IMG/VR virus record: IMGVR_UViG_3300035676_000001
Source: a virus
Lineage: Duplodnaviria > Caudoviricetes
Length of the DNA: 64,000 nucleotides
Direction: 5' to 3' (one strand)
In this document: piece by piece, positions 41,290 to 49,389 of the stretch
How the letters are laid out: each line of letters opens with the position of its first letter
Position numbering within the stretch: position 1 is the stretch's first letter
The notes under the pieces: generated by a model
The model's database searches: none
What the model was told of the DNA's origin: nothing
The model's input: the letters and a program-made list of their open reading frames with translations, nothing else
Made by a program: the position numbers and the translations under genes

Positions 41290-41420
41290 AGGTCTTTCAT
41301 GCACGCCACCAATTCTTTGGCTGGAAATTGGAAACCAGGCGGGAGAGAGTCCCATCCGCACCACTTACTTTTGAGAAAAGCAAGAAAACAATAGGGTCAT
41401 ATTTGACTCCACCACTTGAT
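41290..41420 (-). ncRNA. manA-like RNA motif
   Basis: Non-coding GGTGGAGTCAA...CTTGCTTTT/AAAAGTAAG...GGTGCGGATGGGA/TCCCGCC...GGTGGCGTGCATG upstream of sugar genes. Resembles manA RNA as I recall it, needs Rfam check. Confidence 0.6.
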
Positions 41421-41421
41421 T

Positions 41422-41649
41422 TTAATAAACCAAGAAAAGTTGGGTTAGTTTTGAAATCTCAGTAAAGGTAAAGAATGCACATAAGAATAGCACATCCCAT
41501 AATTTTAACTTGATTGCAAAAGGTACTGTAAGTAATCCTCCAATACATTTTATAAGTAACCCATTTTTAAAATCTCCCCACAACATAATTTGATAACCAA
41601 TTATGAGAAAGAGATTTCCAAGATATCGTAAGATACTTGTGTTAGACAT
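41422..41649 (-). CDS. Small membrane protein
   Basis: Track ORF, three hydrophobic stretches. Confidence 0.6.
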   Translation of the reverse strand: MSNTSILRYLGNLFLIIGYQIMLWGDFKNGLLIKCIGGLLTVPFAIKLKLWDVLFLCAFFTFTEISKLTQLFLVY

Positions 41650-41694
41650 AAGGGGTTTGCTCCCGACCAGTGCGCTTTTATAGTCATCCCGAGA

Positions 41695-41928
41695 CTAATC
41701 ATCGTCTCTCACATAACAAGGAACTCTATCTGAATCAAGCCAACGAGCATAGTCGATGTCTTCCATTGCTAGAGAACATTGCATTACATTATCAAAGAGA
41801 TAAATGTCGTTCCAGCGTTTCGTATAATAATTTTGTTTTTGCATACGATAATCTGGTTTTCCATTTATTTCAAGGATACCTGCCTCAATGAAGCGGTATC
41901 CTTCGCGTTCAAGAAGAACTTTTGTCAT
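41695..41928 (-). CDS. Conserved cyanophage hypothetical protein
   Basis: Track ORF in coupled operon. Confidence 0.7.
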   Translation of the reverse strand: MTKVLLEREGYRFIEAGILEINGKPDYRMQKQNYYTKRWNDIYLFDNVMQCSLAMEDIDYARWLDSDRVPCYVRDDD

Positions 41929-42140
41929 GCCACTTCAACAGATTCCAGGTCGTGTGCTACATATTCCATTAGCATTTCGTAGTCATCCAGAGGGTCTCCA
42001 GAAAATACTACACCTTCGTTCTCATAGAAGCGACGAACCTTTTTATAAAGTTTCGGATTCTTTACATCAAGGTAGAATTCACCGTTAGCAGCAGAGCGTA
42101 GAGTGCTAACATCTTTCTTGAATTTTGCGGTCAGAGACAT
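41925..42140 (-). CDS. Conserved cyanophage hypothetical protein
   Basis: Track ORF. Promoter TTGACT-17-TATAAT upstream (42164-42192). Confidence 0.7.
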   Translation of the reverse strand: MSLTAKFKKDVSTLRSAANGEFYLDVKNPKLYKKVRRFYENEGVVFSGDPLDDYEMLMEYVAHDLESVEVA

Positions 42141-42217
42141 TGTTTTGAATTGTTTGCTCTAGTATTATAAGGTGTTGGGTTTGTTTAGTCAAGTGGTCCA
42201 GATTAGAAACTGGACAG

Positions 42218-42293
42218 TCGGAGTATTCGGATTTGAACCGAAATTATTCCTGCTCCCAAAGCAGGTGCCATGACCAAGTTAGGCGATACTCCG
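42218..42293 (-). tRNA. tRNA-Pro(UGG)
   Basis: CGGAGTA/TACTCCG acceptor, CCTGC-TTTGGGA-GCAGG anticodon arm. Confidence 0.93.
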
Positions 42294-42299
42294 TTACCG

Positions 42300-42416
42300 T
42301 TATTTATTTCGGTGTATAAGCATTATACCCATAATTGGAGCAATCGTCAAGCCCAACCCACAAAGACCCAACCAAACTGGACTATTCGCAAGTGCCTCTA
42401 CAATATGAAAAATCAT
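42300..42416 (-). CDS. Small membrane protein
   Basis: Hand translation MIFHIVEALANSPVWLGLCGLGLTIAPIMGIMLIHRNK. Confidence 0.5.
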   Translation of the reverse strand: MIFHIVEALANSPVWLGLCGLGLTIAPIMGIMLIHRNK

Positions 42417-42502
42417 TGTGGATATGCGTTATTGAGTGCCCAAATAATGAATAGTCCGATTATACCAAATATAGTCATTGCTGCAAAAATCGTGTTAGTC
42501 AT
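42413..42502 (-). CDS. Small membrane protein
   Basis: Hand translation MTNTIFAAMTIFGIIGLFIIWALNNAYPQ, ATGA overlaps. Confidence 0.5.
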   Translation of the reverse strand: MTNTIFAAMTIFGIIGLFIIWALNNAYPQ

Positions 42503-42785
42503 CTTCTTCGTCCTCATAAGTTGAAGGTTCTTCAAATAATTCGTCTATCTTCTGTTGTAAAACTCTTTTTTGGAGTTCTTGTAAATCTTTTTCTGTAAAT
42601 CTTACCACTAGTAGAGGGTCTCCTGCCTTAACGCCATTTAATTCTGGATGTTTAACTTTTGGACTTTTTGAATACCCGTAACGAGCATTCATTAGCATCC
42701 AACCTTGAATAAACATTGATAGTGCAATGCCTACAAGAACAAACCAAGGAACTAAAAAGATTAGTTCAGAGTGATTTTGAGCCAC
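42495..42785 (-). CDS. DUF2973-like membrane protein
   Basis: TM segment then KVKHPEL...GDPLLVVRF. GTG start chosen. Confidence 0.55.
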   Translation of the reverse strand: MAQNHSELIFLVPWFVLVGIALSMFIQGWMLMNARYGYSKSPKVKHPELNGVKAGDPLLVVRFTEKDLQELQKRVLQQKIDELFEEPSTYEDEEDD

Positions 42786-42976
42786 GGTAATAGGGGTGGA
42801 ATGACCCCAATAAGTCGTAGAAGTCCTTCTGCAAATAATGCGAGAACTACCCAACCGACACACATACTGATGATAGAAGCATTACGATTGTGTCGTCGTA
42901 TTGCTGCTGCGATGGATTCATCAATCATCGACTGAACTTCTTCCTTATCCATAGGTAGTAAATTTATGGAACTCAT
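42761..42976 (-). CDS. Conserved cyanophage membrane protein
   Basis: HNRNASIISMCVGWVVLALFAEGLLRL. Confidence 0.65.
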   Translation of the reverse strand: MSSINLLPMDKEEVQSMIDESIAAAIRRHNRNASIISMCVGWVVLALFAEGLLRLIGVIPPLLPWLKITLN

Positions 42977-43136
42977 TACGAATCATTCTATCAAGTTCAT
43001 CCAAGTCTTCTGGTAAAATCCAGTTTTCTTTAATGATTTTATCAGCAAATCTGTAAGAATCAGTAGCAATCTGAATTTTTAATCTAGAAAATGAACTGAG
43101 AATAAACGCTCTCTTTTGAAAGTGTTCGTCTTTCAT
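42945..43136 (-). CDS. Hypothetical protein
   Basis: Track ORF in coupled operon. Confidence 0.55.
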   Translation of the reverse strand: MKDEHFQKRAFILSSFSRLKIQIATDSYRFADKIIKENWILPEDLDELDRMIRNEFHKFTTYG

Positions 43137-43330
43137 TTTTCATCACCAAGAAACTTCGCCAGAGGGTCTCTCCTCGTTTTAGCAATTTCAACTGCTCTCT
43201 TGTAAAACATATTATCTGTATTACCAGAGGCTTCAAAAGTCTCCTTGATCTTCACCCAATTGTCGTAGGTGTGCTGATCCATAGGGGTTTTAGGTTGAAT
43301 ACTACTAGTTATGCTAGCGAGTAGTTTCAA
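43133..43330 (-). CDS. Conserved cyanophage hypothetical protein
   Basis: YDNWVKIKETFEASGNTDNMFYKRA. True start likely the internal MDQHTY. Confidence 0.65.
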   Translation of the reverse strand: MKLLASITSSIQPKTPMDQHTYDNWVKIKETFEASGNTDNMFYKRAVEIAKTRRDPLAKFLGDEK

Positions 43331-43371
43331 CCTGTCAACTGTGTGTGGGTTTGGTGATAGTGTTTAAGAGA

Positions 43372-43632
43372 TTATAAAGAAGGTGTATCGCTTGATACTT
43401 CTAACGATGCTTGATAAGCAGAAATGACTTCTGGTGTCCAGGTTGCTTCTGCGATTGCTACGACTCTTGGGTCTTCGTTTGTGAGGTCATCACCAGGTGA
43501 TAGAACGTGACGGTGATAAGTTGCTGCAACTTCTACACCATCTTTAAGAATTTGGTCTCTTCTACGAACTTGTATTTGTCCTAGTAGTAGAACTTCAATC
43601 TTATCTACGACTGATTTTTCTTCAAGTGCCAT
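43372..43632 (-). CDS. Fibre-associated small protein
   Basis: VVDKIEV...IQVR...YHRHVLSPGDD...DPRVVAIA. Confidence 0.7.
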   Translation of the reverse strand: MALEEKSVVDKIEVLLLGQIQVRRRDQILKDGVEVAATYHRHVLSPGDDLTNEDPRVVAIAEATWTPEVISAYQASLEVSSDTPSL

Positions 43633-43685
43633 TAGGATAATCCTCCGGATGAAACAGATTTAGGCTTAGATATTTATTAGATATT

Positions 43686-44636
43686 TCAAATTCTATAGAA
43701 TACTCCACCACTAATATCTGTTCCACCGCTACTACAATCAGTTAATGCTACGCTAGCAGCACTACCTCCAGATCTATTTTTAGCAAAATTAATAGTAGTA
43801 CCGCCCGAAGAAGCACTCATATCCAAATAGGTAAAACCAGTATATGTAATATTATCCTGTTGAGGAGTAGTTTTTGCTTGAACTATATTTGCCGCAGTGA
43901 AAGGCAATCCAGCTATTTGAACGCCTCCACTACCAGTTCCATTTGTAAATGTAAAAGTTGCTCTAAAAGAAACATAAACCATATTACCTATCTTAGTGTA
44001 ACTGCCAGTCTGAATTGAGTAACTAATACCAGTTGGAGCTCCACCAGAAGCGGTAAGTGTTGGTGTCCAAGTTCCTGTTTCATAATCACTCAAAACTTCA
44101 GAAGACATTGTTCCTGAACTATTAGCAGTCGCAGAGAAGTCTATACCATATCCACTACTCATTATAATATTTTGACTATTCATTGATAATGGTCTATCCA
44201 TCTGGATATTTCCAGAACTAGCATTATCACTAAATCTTAAGTTTGCTCCATTACCATAGATATCCCATTGTCCACTACTAGCGGCAGCATACATTCTTAC
44301 ATAAGCACCTGCTGTTGTGCTTTGACTTTTAAAATGATTGTTGATTAATGCTGGAGTCTCATATTTAAAAGCGGTCATTATTCCCGCAGTATTCACAAGA
44401 TTAAAGTTACCACTGGAATCTATACGAACTTTTTCTGTGTTATTGGTTCCCAGAGATAATACATTAGTCGCTGGAGAATACACAGAAGCACCAGTACCGA
44501 CTACAATACCTCCAGTAGCAGTAACAATACCAGTCGCATTTAAGTTTGTTACAGTAGGTAGTTCGGCACCACTGACAGTCAAACTCCCATCAATCGCTGT
44601 AATAGTATCAGTTTGCCCGTTTATCTGAATACCCAT
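43686..44636 (-). CDS. Tail fibre/receptor-binding-like protein (moron)
   Basis: LSDYETGTWTPTL...GSYTKIGNMVYV...GLPFT tip domain. TATAAATA at 44658-44665. Confidence 0.75.
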   Translation of the reverse strand: MGIQINGQTDTITAIDGSLTVSGAELPTVTNLNATGIVTATGGIVVGTGASVYSPATNVLSLGTNNTEKVRIDSSGNFNLVNTAGIMTAFKYETPALINNHFKSQSTTAGAYVRMYAAASSGQWDIYGNGANLRFSDNASSGNIQMDRPLSMNSQNIIMSSGYGIDFSATANSSGTMSSEVLSDYETGTWTPTLTASGGAPTGISYSIQTGSYTKIGNMVYVSFRATFTFTNGTGSGGVQIAGLPFTAANIVQAKTTPQQDNITYTGFTYLDMSASSGGTTINFAKNRSGGSAASVALTDCSSGGTDISGGVFYRI

Positions 44637-44669
44637 TCGTCACAAAGACTTTTCTGGTATTTATAAGAA

Positions 44670-44756
44670 CGGAAGGTGGGAGAGTCGAACTCCCAAGGGC
44701 TTTAACACCTCAACGCTTTTCAAGAGCGGTTCCGTCGCCAATCGGATTGACCTTCC
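44670..44756 (-). tRNA. tRNA-Ser(UGA)
   Basis: GGAAGGT/ACCTTCC acceptor, CTTGAAA loop, long variable arm. Confidence 0.9.
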
Positions 44757-44766
44757 AAATAAGTCC

Positions 44767-45024
44767 TCAGCGGACTTCGAAATCAAGACGCTTTACTTTA
44801 CGCTGGCGTCTTGCTTCTTGAAATGCAAGGTCTTCATTGGTAAGAACACCAGACCTTGAATTATTACTATAAGAGTTTAGCATAACAACCTTAGATAAGT
44901 CAATAGCTGAGATTCTATCTCCACGAACAGTCGCCATATTTGGACAACCACACGACACAGTTTTAGTAGGATGCCCCTCTAACTCCCTGTTACAGGAGCG
45001 GCATCTGATTTTTAAATTTTCCAT
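44767..45024 (-). CDS. Conserved Zn-binding hypothetical protein
   Basis: CRSC...CGCPN motifs. Confidence 0.7.
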   Translation of the reverse strand: MENLKIRCRSCNRELEGHPTKTVSCGCPNMATVRGDRISAIDLSKVVMLNSYSNNSRSGVLTNEDLAFQEARRQRKVKRLDFEVR

Positions 45025-45033
45025 TGTCTTAAA

Positions 45034-45525
45034 TTACTCTTCTACCGTTTCTTCAATAACTTCAATTTGTTCGTCAACCTTTTGCGTTGGTTTATCTGAA
45101 AATGAACGCAACATCCATACAAACTTGCCGTGAGACTCCATCAAATCTTGGACCAGATTTGCGGTAGCATATGACTTTTGAGTTTCTGCTTCTTCTGAAA
45201 TCTTGGACATCATATCGCAGAACTCAATATTAGATTTCAATAAGTCTGAAATCATACCTTCAGCGTTTACTGAACTATTTCCTTCAGCAATACCAGACAC
45301 TTCAAGAACTCTCTTTAAGCTACTGAGAGGTTTAACATTCAAATATCTCATATGTTCTGAGAGACGGTCAATCTCTTCAAACATAGTCTCATACTGTCCA
45401 CCAAAAAGGGTATGAAGTTGTTGGAAATCTTCTCCTACAACATTCCAATGATAGACCCAAGTTTTATGAAAAAGGACAAAAAGAGACGCTTGTGCATCAC
45501 TCAATAGTTTAAATAACTTTTCCAT
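45034..45525 (-). CDS. dps: Dps family ferritin-like protein
   Basis: YHWNVVG..F..LH...EIDRLSEH ferroxidase ligands, HGKFVWMLRS end. Confidence 0.85.
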   Translation of the reverse strand: MEKLFKLLSDAQASLFVLFHKTWVYHWNVVGEDFQQLHTLFGGQYETMFEEIDRLSEHMRYLNVKPLSSLKRVLEVSGIAEGNSSVNAEGMISDLLKSNIEFCDMMSKISEEAETQKSYATANLVQDLMESHGKFVWMLRSFSDKPTQKVDEQIEVIEETVEE

Positions 45526-45549
45526 TATACCAATACTTTTTTCAAGTAT

Positions 45550-45984
45550 TTATAAAGTGGGCATTACAGTATGTTTGGGATGTTTGCATCCTCTTGAATA
45601 TCTTCCATTTCCAATATTTTTTGATCCAAAAGTTTCAGTTAATGAATGGCAGTTTGGACACAAAACTCTAAGATTACTTGAAGTATGATTAAATGGGTCA
45701 CCATCAATGTGGTCTATATGGAGTGGAACTTTTCCAGTATTAGAATTAATTTCCGACCAACCACATTCAGAACACTTACTATTAGATTGCTCTATCAAAT
45801 AATTTCTAACATATTGCGATAGTTGAAATCCATTTCCACCCAATTCTTTACCATTCAACCATCCAAATATATATTCTTTACTTCTATAATCAGAAGAACA
45901 TCTACAAGAGCAATATTTTCCAGATTTATTTGCTGGATTATATTTAAATTGCTTATTACAATTCAAACAATTTGAAATCGCCAT
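45550..45984 (-). CDS. HNH homing endonuclease
   Basis: CSECG...LHIDHIDGDPFNH...NLRVLCPNCHSLT, N-terminal CxxC...CSxxC. Confidence 0.88.
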   Translation of the reverse strand: MAISNCLNCNKQFKYNPANKSGKYCSCRCSSDYRSKEYIFGWLNGKELGGNGFQLSQYVRNYLIEQSNSKCSECGWSEINSNTGKVPLHIDHIDGDPFNHTSSNLRVLCPNCHSLTETFGSKNIGNGRYSRGCKHPKHTVMPTL

Positions 45985-46037
45985 AGTAATGTAGAGTATT
46001 TTTTGTTATTTATACAACTCTACATTAAAATTTAAAA

Positions 46038-46109
46038 TGGGCAATCGCAGATTCGAACTGCGGACTTTCTGAATGTAAATCAGACACTCTACCGCTGAGT
46101 TAATCGCCC
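46038..46109 (-). tRNA. tRNA-Val(UAC)
   Basis: TCTGA-TTTACAT-TCAGA anticodon arm, GTTCGAAT T-loop. Confidence 0.93.
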
Positions 46110-46116
46110 GATAAAG

Positions 46117-46281
46117 TCAAGATTGACTTAACATATATTCTACAGTATTTGCTACATCGTTCATAGCATCACGAAGGTCTGGTCTTTGTCCAGACTCCAT
46201 TTTAATAATGGGTCGGTGGTCGTCAACCAAAGTCCAACGCCACTGTTTCATATCTTCACAATACCAGAGATTAATTTTCAT
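46117..46281 (-). CDS. Conserved cyanophage hypothetical protein
   Basis: Hand translation MKINLWYCEDMKQWRWTL...ESGQRPDLRDAMNDVANTVEY. Confidence 0.6.
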   Translation of the reverse strand: MKINLWYCEDMKQWRWTLVDDHRPIIKMESGQRPDLRDAMNDVANTVEYMLSQS

Positions 46282-46474
46282 TCTTTTGATATTCTAATTT
46301 AATCCAATTAAGAAGAGCATAAGTTTCTGGCAACTCTGCCTTACAATTTAGATAGTCAGTATCATCAAGCATTTCTTCTGCTTCATAATGCTCTATCTCA
46401 CTTGAGAGATAATCTGCATAATGTCTGAAAGCAGTGATAGCAAGTTGTCTATCTCGTTGGGAAATAAGAGACAT
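46271..46474 (-). CDS. Hypothetical protein
   Basis: Track ORF with RBS. Promoter TTGACG-17-TATTAT (46496-46524). Confidence 0.65.
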   Translation of the reverse strand: MSLISQRDRQLAITAFRHYADYLSSEIEHYEAEEMLDDTDYLNCKAELPETYALLNWIKLEYQKNEN

Positions 46475-46538
46475 AACCCTCCTAACTCGTTATCTATAAT
46501 ACACCAAAAAGGGGGTTTCGTCAACCCCCTTATGTATA

Positions 46539-47510
46539 TCAGTCTCCCAGACCAATCTGATTGACGGCAATTCGTGCCTTATTCAGAATAGAACCTGAAA
46601 GAGGTACATAACCCAAATCATCAGCAATCATCTGTGCCTTAGAACTGAGAGCATACTTCAGAGCATTTCTGACTGCCTCTGCCTTACCAGGGGCATAACC
46701 ACTCTTATAAGCAAGAATCCAGGTCAGAGTGGAGATAGGATATGCACGAGGATTGGAAGGATTGGGGTCTTCACCAGCAAGATTCTTATCCAGAACAATA
46801 CTGTTCAGAGCAGCGGCACCAGTCACAGCAGAAGGTCCGACGAACTTACCTGCCTTATTTTGAAGAACTGCTGCTTGGAGTTTATTCGAACGAACAAATC
46901 CAGTATTCACATAACCAATCGCACCAGGAGTGTTCTGGATTGTACCAGCAACACCTTCATTACCCTTTGCACCGACTCCAACAGGCCAATTGATGGATTT
47001 ACCGACACCAGCAGTCCAACCACCGAAGGCATCCAGAGAGTTCGTGAAAGCAAAAGTAGTACCAGAACCATCAGCACGATGAACCACACTAACTTTACCA
47101 GCAGCACAACCGACTTGTTTCCAGTCTTTAATACGACCAGCAAAGATATCGACAGTTTGCTTCTGAGTCAGTTTCAGTTTGCAACCAGGTTTGTTATAGG
47201 CAACAGCAATCGTTCCACCCACCATAGGAATCTGAACGACACCACGCTTTACTTTTGCTGCTTCTTTTGTCTTGATGGGTTCGTCGCTTGCTCCGAAGTC
47301 AACTGTGCCCGCAACAAATTGACGAACACCAGCACCAGAACCAACGGACTGATAATTAACCCTGTTCCCAGTAGTTCGTGCATAATCTTGGAACCATCGT
47401 TGATAGATTGGTGCGGGGAAGGTAGCACCAGCACCATTAAGAGTAGGTCCAGCAAGTGCAGAGGTAGGAGCAAGAGCAAGACCGATTGTAGCAATATGTT
47501 TGAGTTTCAT
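46539..47510 (-). CDS. pstS: Phosphate ABC transporter substrate-binding protein
   Basis: LNGAGATFP...YQSVGSGAG...DFGASD...HRADGSGTT. Confidence 0.95.
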   Translation of the reverse strand: MKLKHIATIGLALAPTSALAGPTLNGAGATFPAPIYQRWFQDYARTTGNRVNYQSVGSGAGVRQFVAGTVDFGASDEPIKTKEAAKVKRGVVQIPMVGGTIAVAYNKPGCKLKLTQKQTVDIFAGRIKDWKQVGCAAGKVSVVHRADGSGTTFAFTNSLDAFGGWTAGVGKSINWPVGVGAKGNEGVAGTIQNTPGAIGYVNTGFVRSNKLQAAVLQNKAGKFVGPSAVTGAAALNSIVLDKNLAGEDPNPSNPRAYPISTLTWILAYKSGYAPGKAEAVRNALKYALSSKAQMIADDLGYVPLSGSILNKARIAVNQIGLGD

Positions 47511-47532
47511 AAGAATTAAGAACTTCGTAAGT

Positions 47533-47577
47533 ATTCTAAAATAGGAATAAAGTAAAGTCCACTAAGAATTGGTTAAG
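47533..47577 (-). promoter_or_regulatory. Putative pho box promoter of pstS
   Basis: CTTAACCA-3-CTTAGTGG-2-TTTACTTT, 10 nt, then TAGAAT, no -35. Confidence 0.6.
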
Positions 47578-47590
47578 GTTTTGATTTCAT

Positions 47591-47617
47591 AAAAAACCAC
47601 CCCAAAAAGGGGTGGTT
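47591..47617 (-). terminator. Porin terminator
   Basis: AACCACCCC/GGGGTGGTT + T-run. Confidence 0.8.
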
Positions 47618-47640
47618 CCACTCAACTTATGAGTAGTTTA

Positions 47641-49137
47641 TCAGAACCTGAACTGAGTCTGAATCACACCACCGTAGTTAGAAGAAGCATTCTTGAAACC
47701 TTGGTTGTTAGACACATAGAACACAGAAGGAGTGATGCTGATGTTATCGCTAACCTTGTAACGATAGAAGGTTTCCCACATCACAGCATCCTTGGTCAGG
47801 GAAGCAGCGTTACCAGGAGCACCGATGGCGAATCCAGCGGCATTACCCTTGGCGAACACGTCTGCCCACTGAAGACCAGCAAACCAAGTGGTAGAGTTAG
47901 TAGCACCAGTAGGAGTGCTACGACCAGCAGCATTCTTGCTCACTTCGTTCCAACCATAAGCACCAGAGATGGAAGGAACAATACCTGCCTTCTTAGGTTG
48001 CCAGTATGCGTTCAGAGCATAGTTGTTAGAGGTTTGTCCTGCAACAAGAGAACCAGAACCACCGTTCACAGCGTTAAAGTTGCGAACACGAGTTCCTTCA
48101 GTACCATAACGGTAACCGAATGCAGCACCGAACTGAGGAGCACGGTAACCGACCTGAGCAAGCAGGTTCAGAGCACCAGTCTCATCAAATTGACCCTTGG
48201 TAGAATCAGAACCGTTCTGAGCAACATAGTTCACACCAGCAACGAAACCACCCTTACCTTTCTTAACAGGTTGTGCCCACTGAGCACCGAAACCAGAACC
48301 CGTTGCCTTGTTGTAGACACCAGGAGCACCAGCAACTTGGAAGAAGTCAAGAATGTCCGACTTGTATGCAGAAGGAACCCATGCCATTTCGGTGTTACGA
48401 ACGATAGCACCAGCAGTCAGAGTTACGCCCTTTGCAAGACCAGGGAACTGGTAGTACAGACGGTCAAGTTTCACAGCATCAGCATAAGATTCTGCCTTGT
48501 CCAGTTTGAACAGTGAGGAAGAAGAACCAAAGGGTTGACTGGAGAAGTTACCCGAACGCAGACGAGTGCGGAGAAGGTCCTTACCAGTGAAGGAAGTATC
48601 GAAGTTCAGACGAACATCATAGTTGAATGCAGTATTACCAACATTAGTATTGTTAGCAAGACGAGCACCTTCTACACCACCAAGAACGAAGGTTGCTTCA
48701 CCACGCAGTTTGGTGGTAGTGGAGAACTGGGTTGCTTCCAGTTGTCCGACCTTGCTTTCAAGGTTGGTAACACGACCACGAAGAACGGCGAGTTCACCAG
48801 CAAATTCCTTTTGAAGGCGGCGGAGTTCATCGGTAACTTCCGTCACACGGTCAAGGCAAGCATTGAGAAGAGCAGCGGCTTCGTAACGAGTCATTGCCTT
48901 AGAACCACCAAAGGTGCCGTTAGGATAACCAGCAACGCAACCATAGTTTTCTACAAGGTTTGCGAGTGCCTGATATGCCCAATCACCAGGTTGAACATCT
49001 GTAAATTGGGAAACACTTGTAACCTGTTCATTGGAATATTGATTGACTGCTGCAATGTTAAGGTCTGCGGCATTTGCAACAGCAGGAGCAATCATACCAA
49101 GAGCAACAGGTGCAAGCATCAGTTGTTTGATTTTCAT
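47641..49137 (-). CDS. Cyanobacterial SLH-domain outer membrane porin (Som/OprB-like)
   Basis: Signal peptide, FTDVQPGDWAYQAL SLH domain, FSTTTKLRGE barrel start, C-terminal Phe. Confidence 0.9.
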   Translation of the reverse strand: MKIKQLMLAPVALGMIAPAVANAADLNIAAVNQYSNEQVTSVSQFTDVQPGDWAYQALANLVENYGCVAGYPNGTFGGSKAMTRYEAAALLNACLDRVTEVTDELRRLQKEFAGELAVLRGRVTNLESKVGQLEATQFSTTTKLRGEATFVLGGVEGARLANNTNVGNTAFNYDVRLNFDTSFTGKDLLRTRLRSGNFSSQPFGSSSSLFKLDKAESYADAVKLDRLYYQFPGLAKGVTLTAGAIVRNTEMAWVPSAYKSDILDFFQVAGAPGVYNKATGSGFGAQWAQPVKKGKGGFVAGVNYVAQNGSDSTKGQFDETGALNLLAQVGYRAPQFGAAFGYRYGTEGTRVRNFNAVNGGSGSLVAGQTSNNYALNAYWQPKKAGIVPSISGAYGWNEVSKNAAGRSTPTGATNSTTWFAGLQWADVFAKGNAAGFAIGAPGNAASLTKDAVMWETFYRYKVSDNISITPSVFYVSNNQGFKNASSNYGGVIQTQFRF

Positions 49138-49212
49138 AAAAGATTTGTGTTTTGTACTAAACGACAATGTAAAGATTTCCTACAGAAGAGAAAACCTTCG
49201 TATATAGGGGAA

Positions 49213-49314
49213 CTTAACCGAATCTTAAGAAACTATTAAGTTGGGAGTATCATAGCACAACAGTATCGGTTGTGTCAATTAAGATACGGTTAAGACTTTT
49301 TACGGATAGTTAAG
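49213..49314 (-). promoter_or_regulatory. Porin promoter with 11-bp-spaced TTAA repeats
   Basis: TTGACA-18-TATGAT, CTTAACCG-3-CTTAATTG over the -35, triple repeat at 49213/49224/49235. Confidence 0.6.
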
Positions 49315-49316
49315 AA

Positions 49317-49388
49317 AGCGGCTGACCCGATTCGAACGGGCGACATCCAACTTGGAAGGATGGCGTTCTACCACTGAACTACAACCGC
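49317..49388 (-). tRNA. tRNA-Gly(UCC)
   Basis: CCATC-CTTCCAA-GTTGG arm, U73. Confidence 0.92.
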
Positions 49389-49389
49389 A

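Noticed and set aside
46860-49239. Long plus-strand ORFs opposite pstS and porin (46860..47519, 47629..48516, 48535..49239)
   Set aside because: Antisense frames kept open by host-like codon bias of the real genes. No recognisable motifs.
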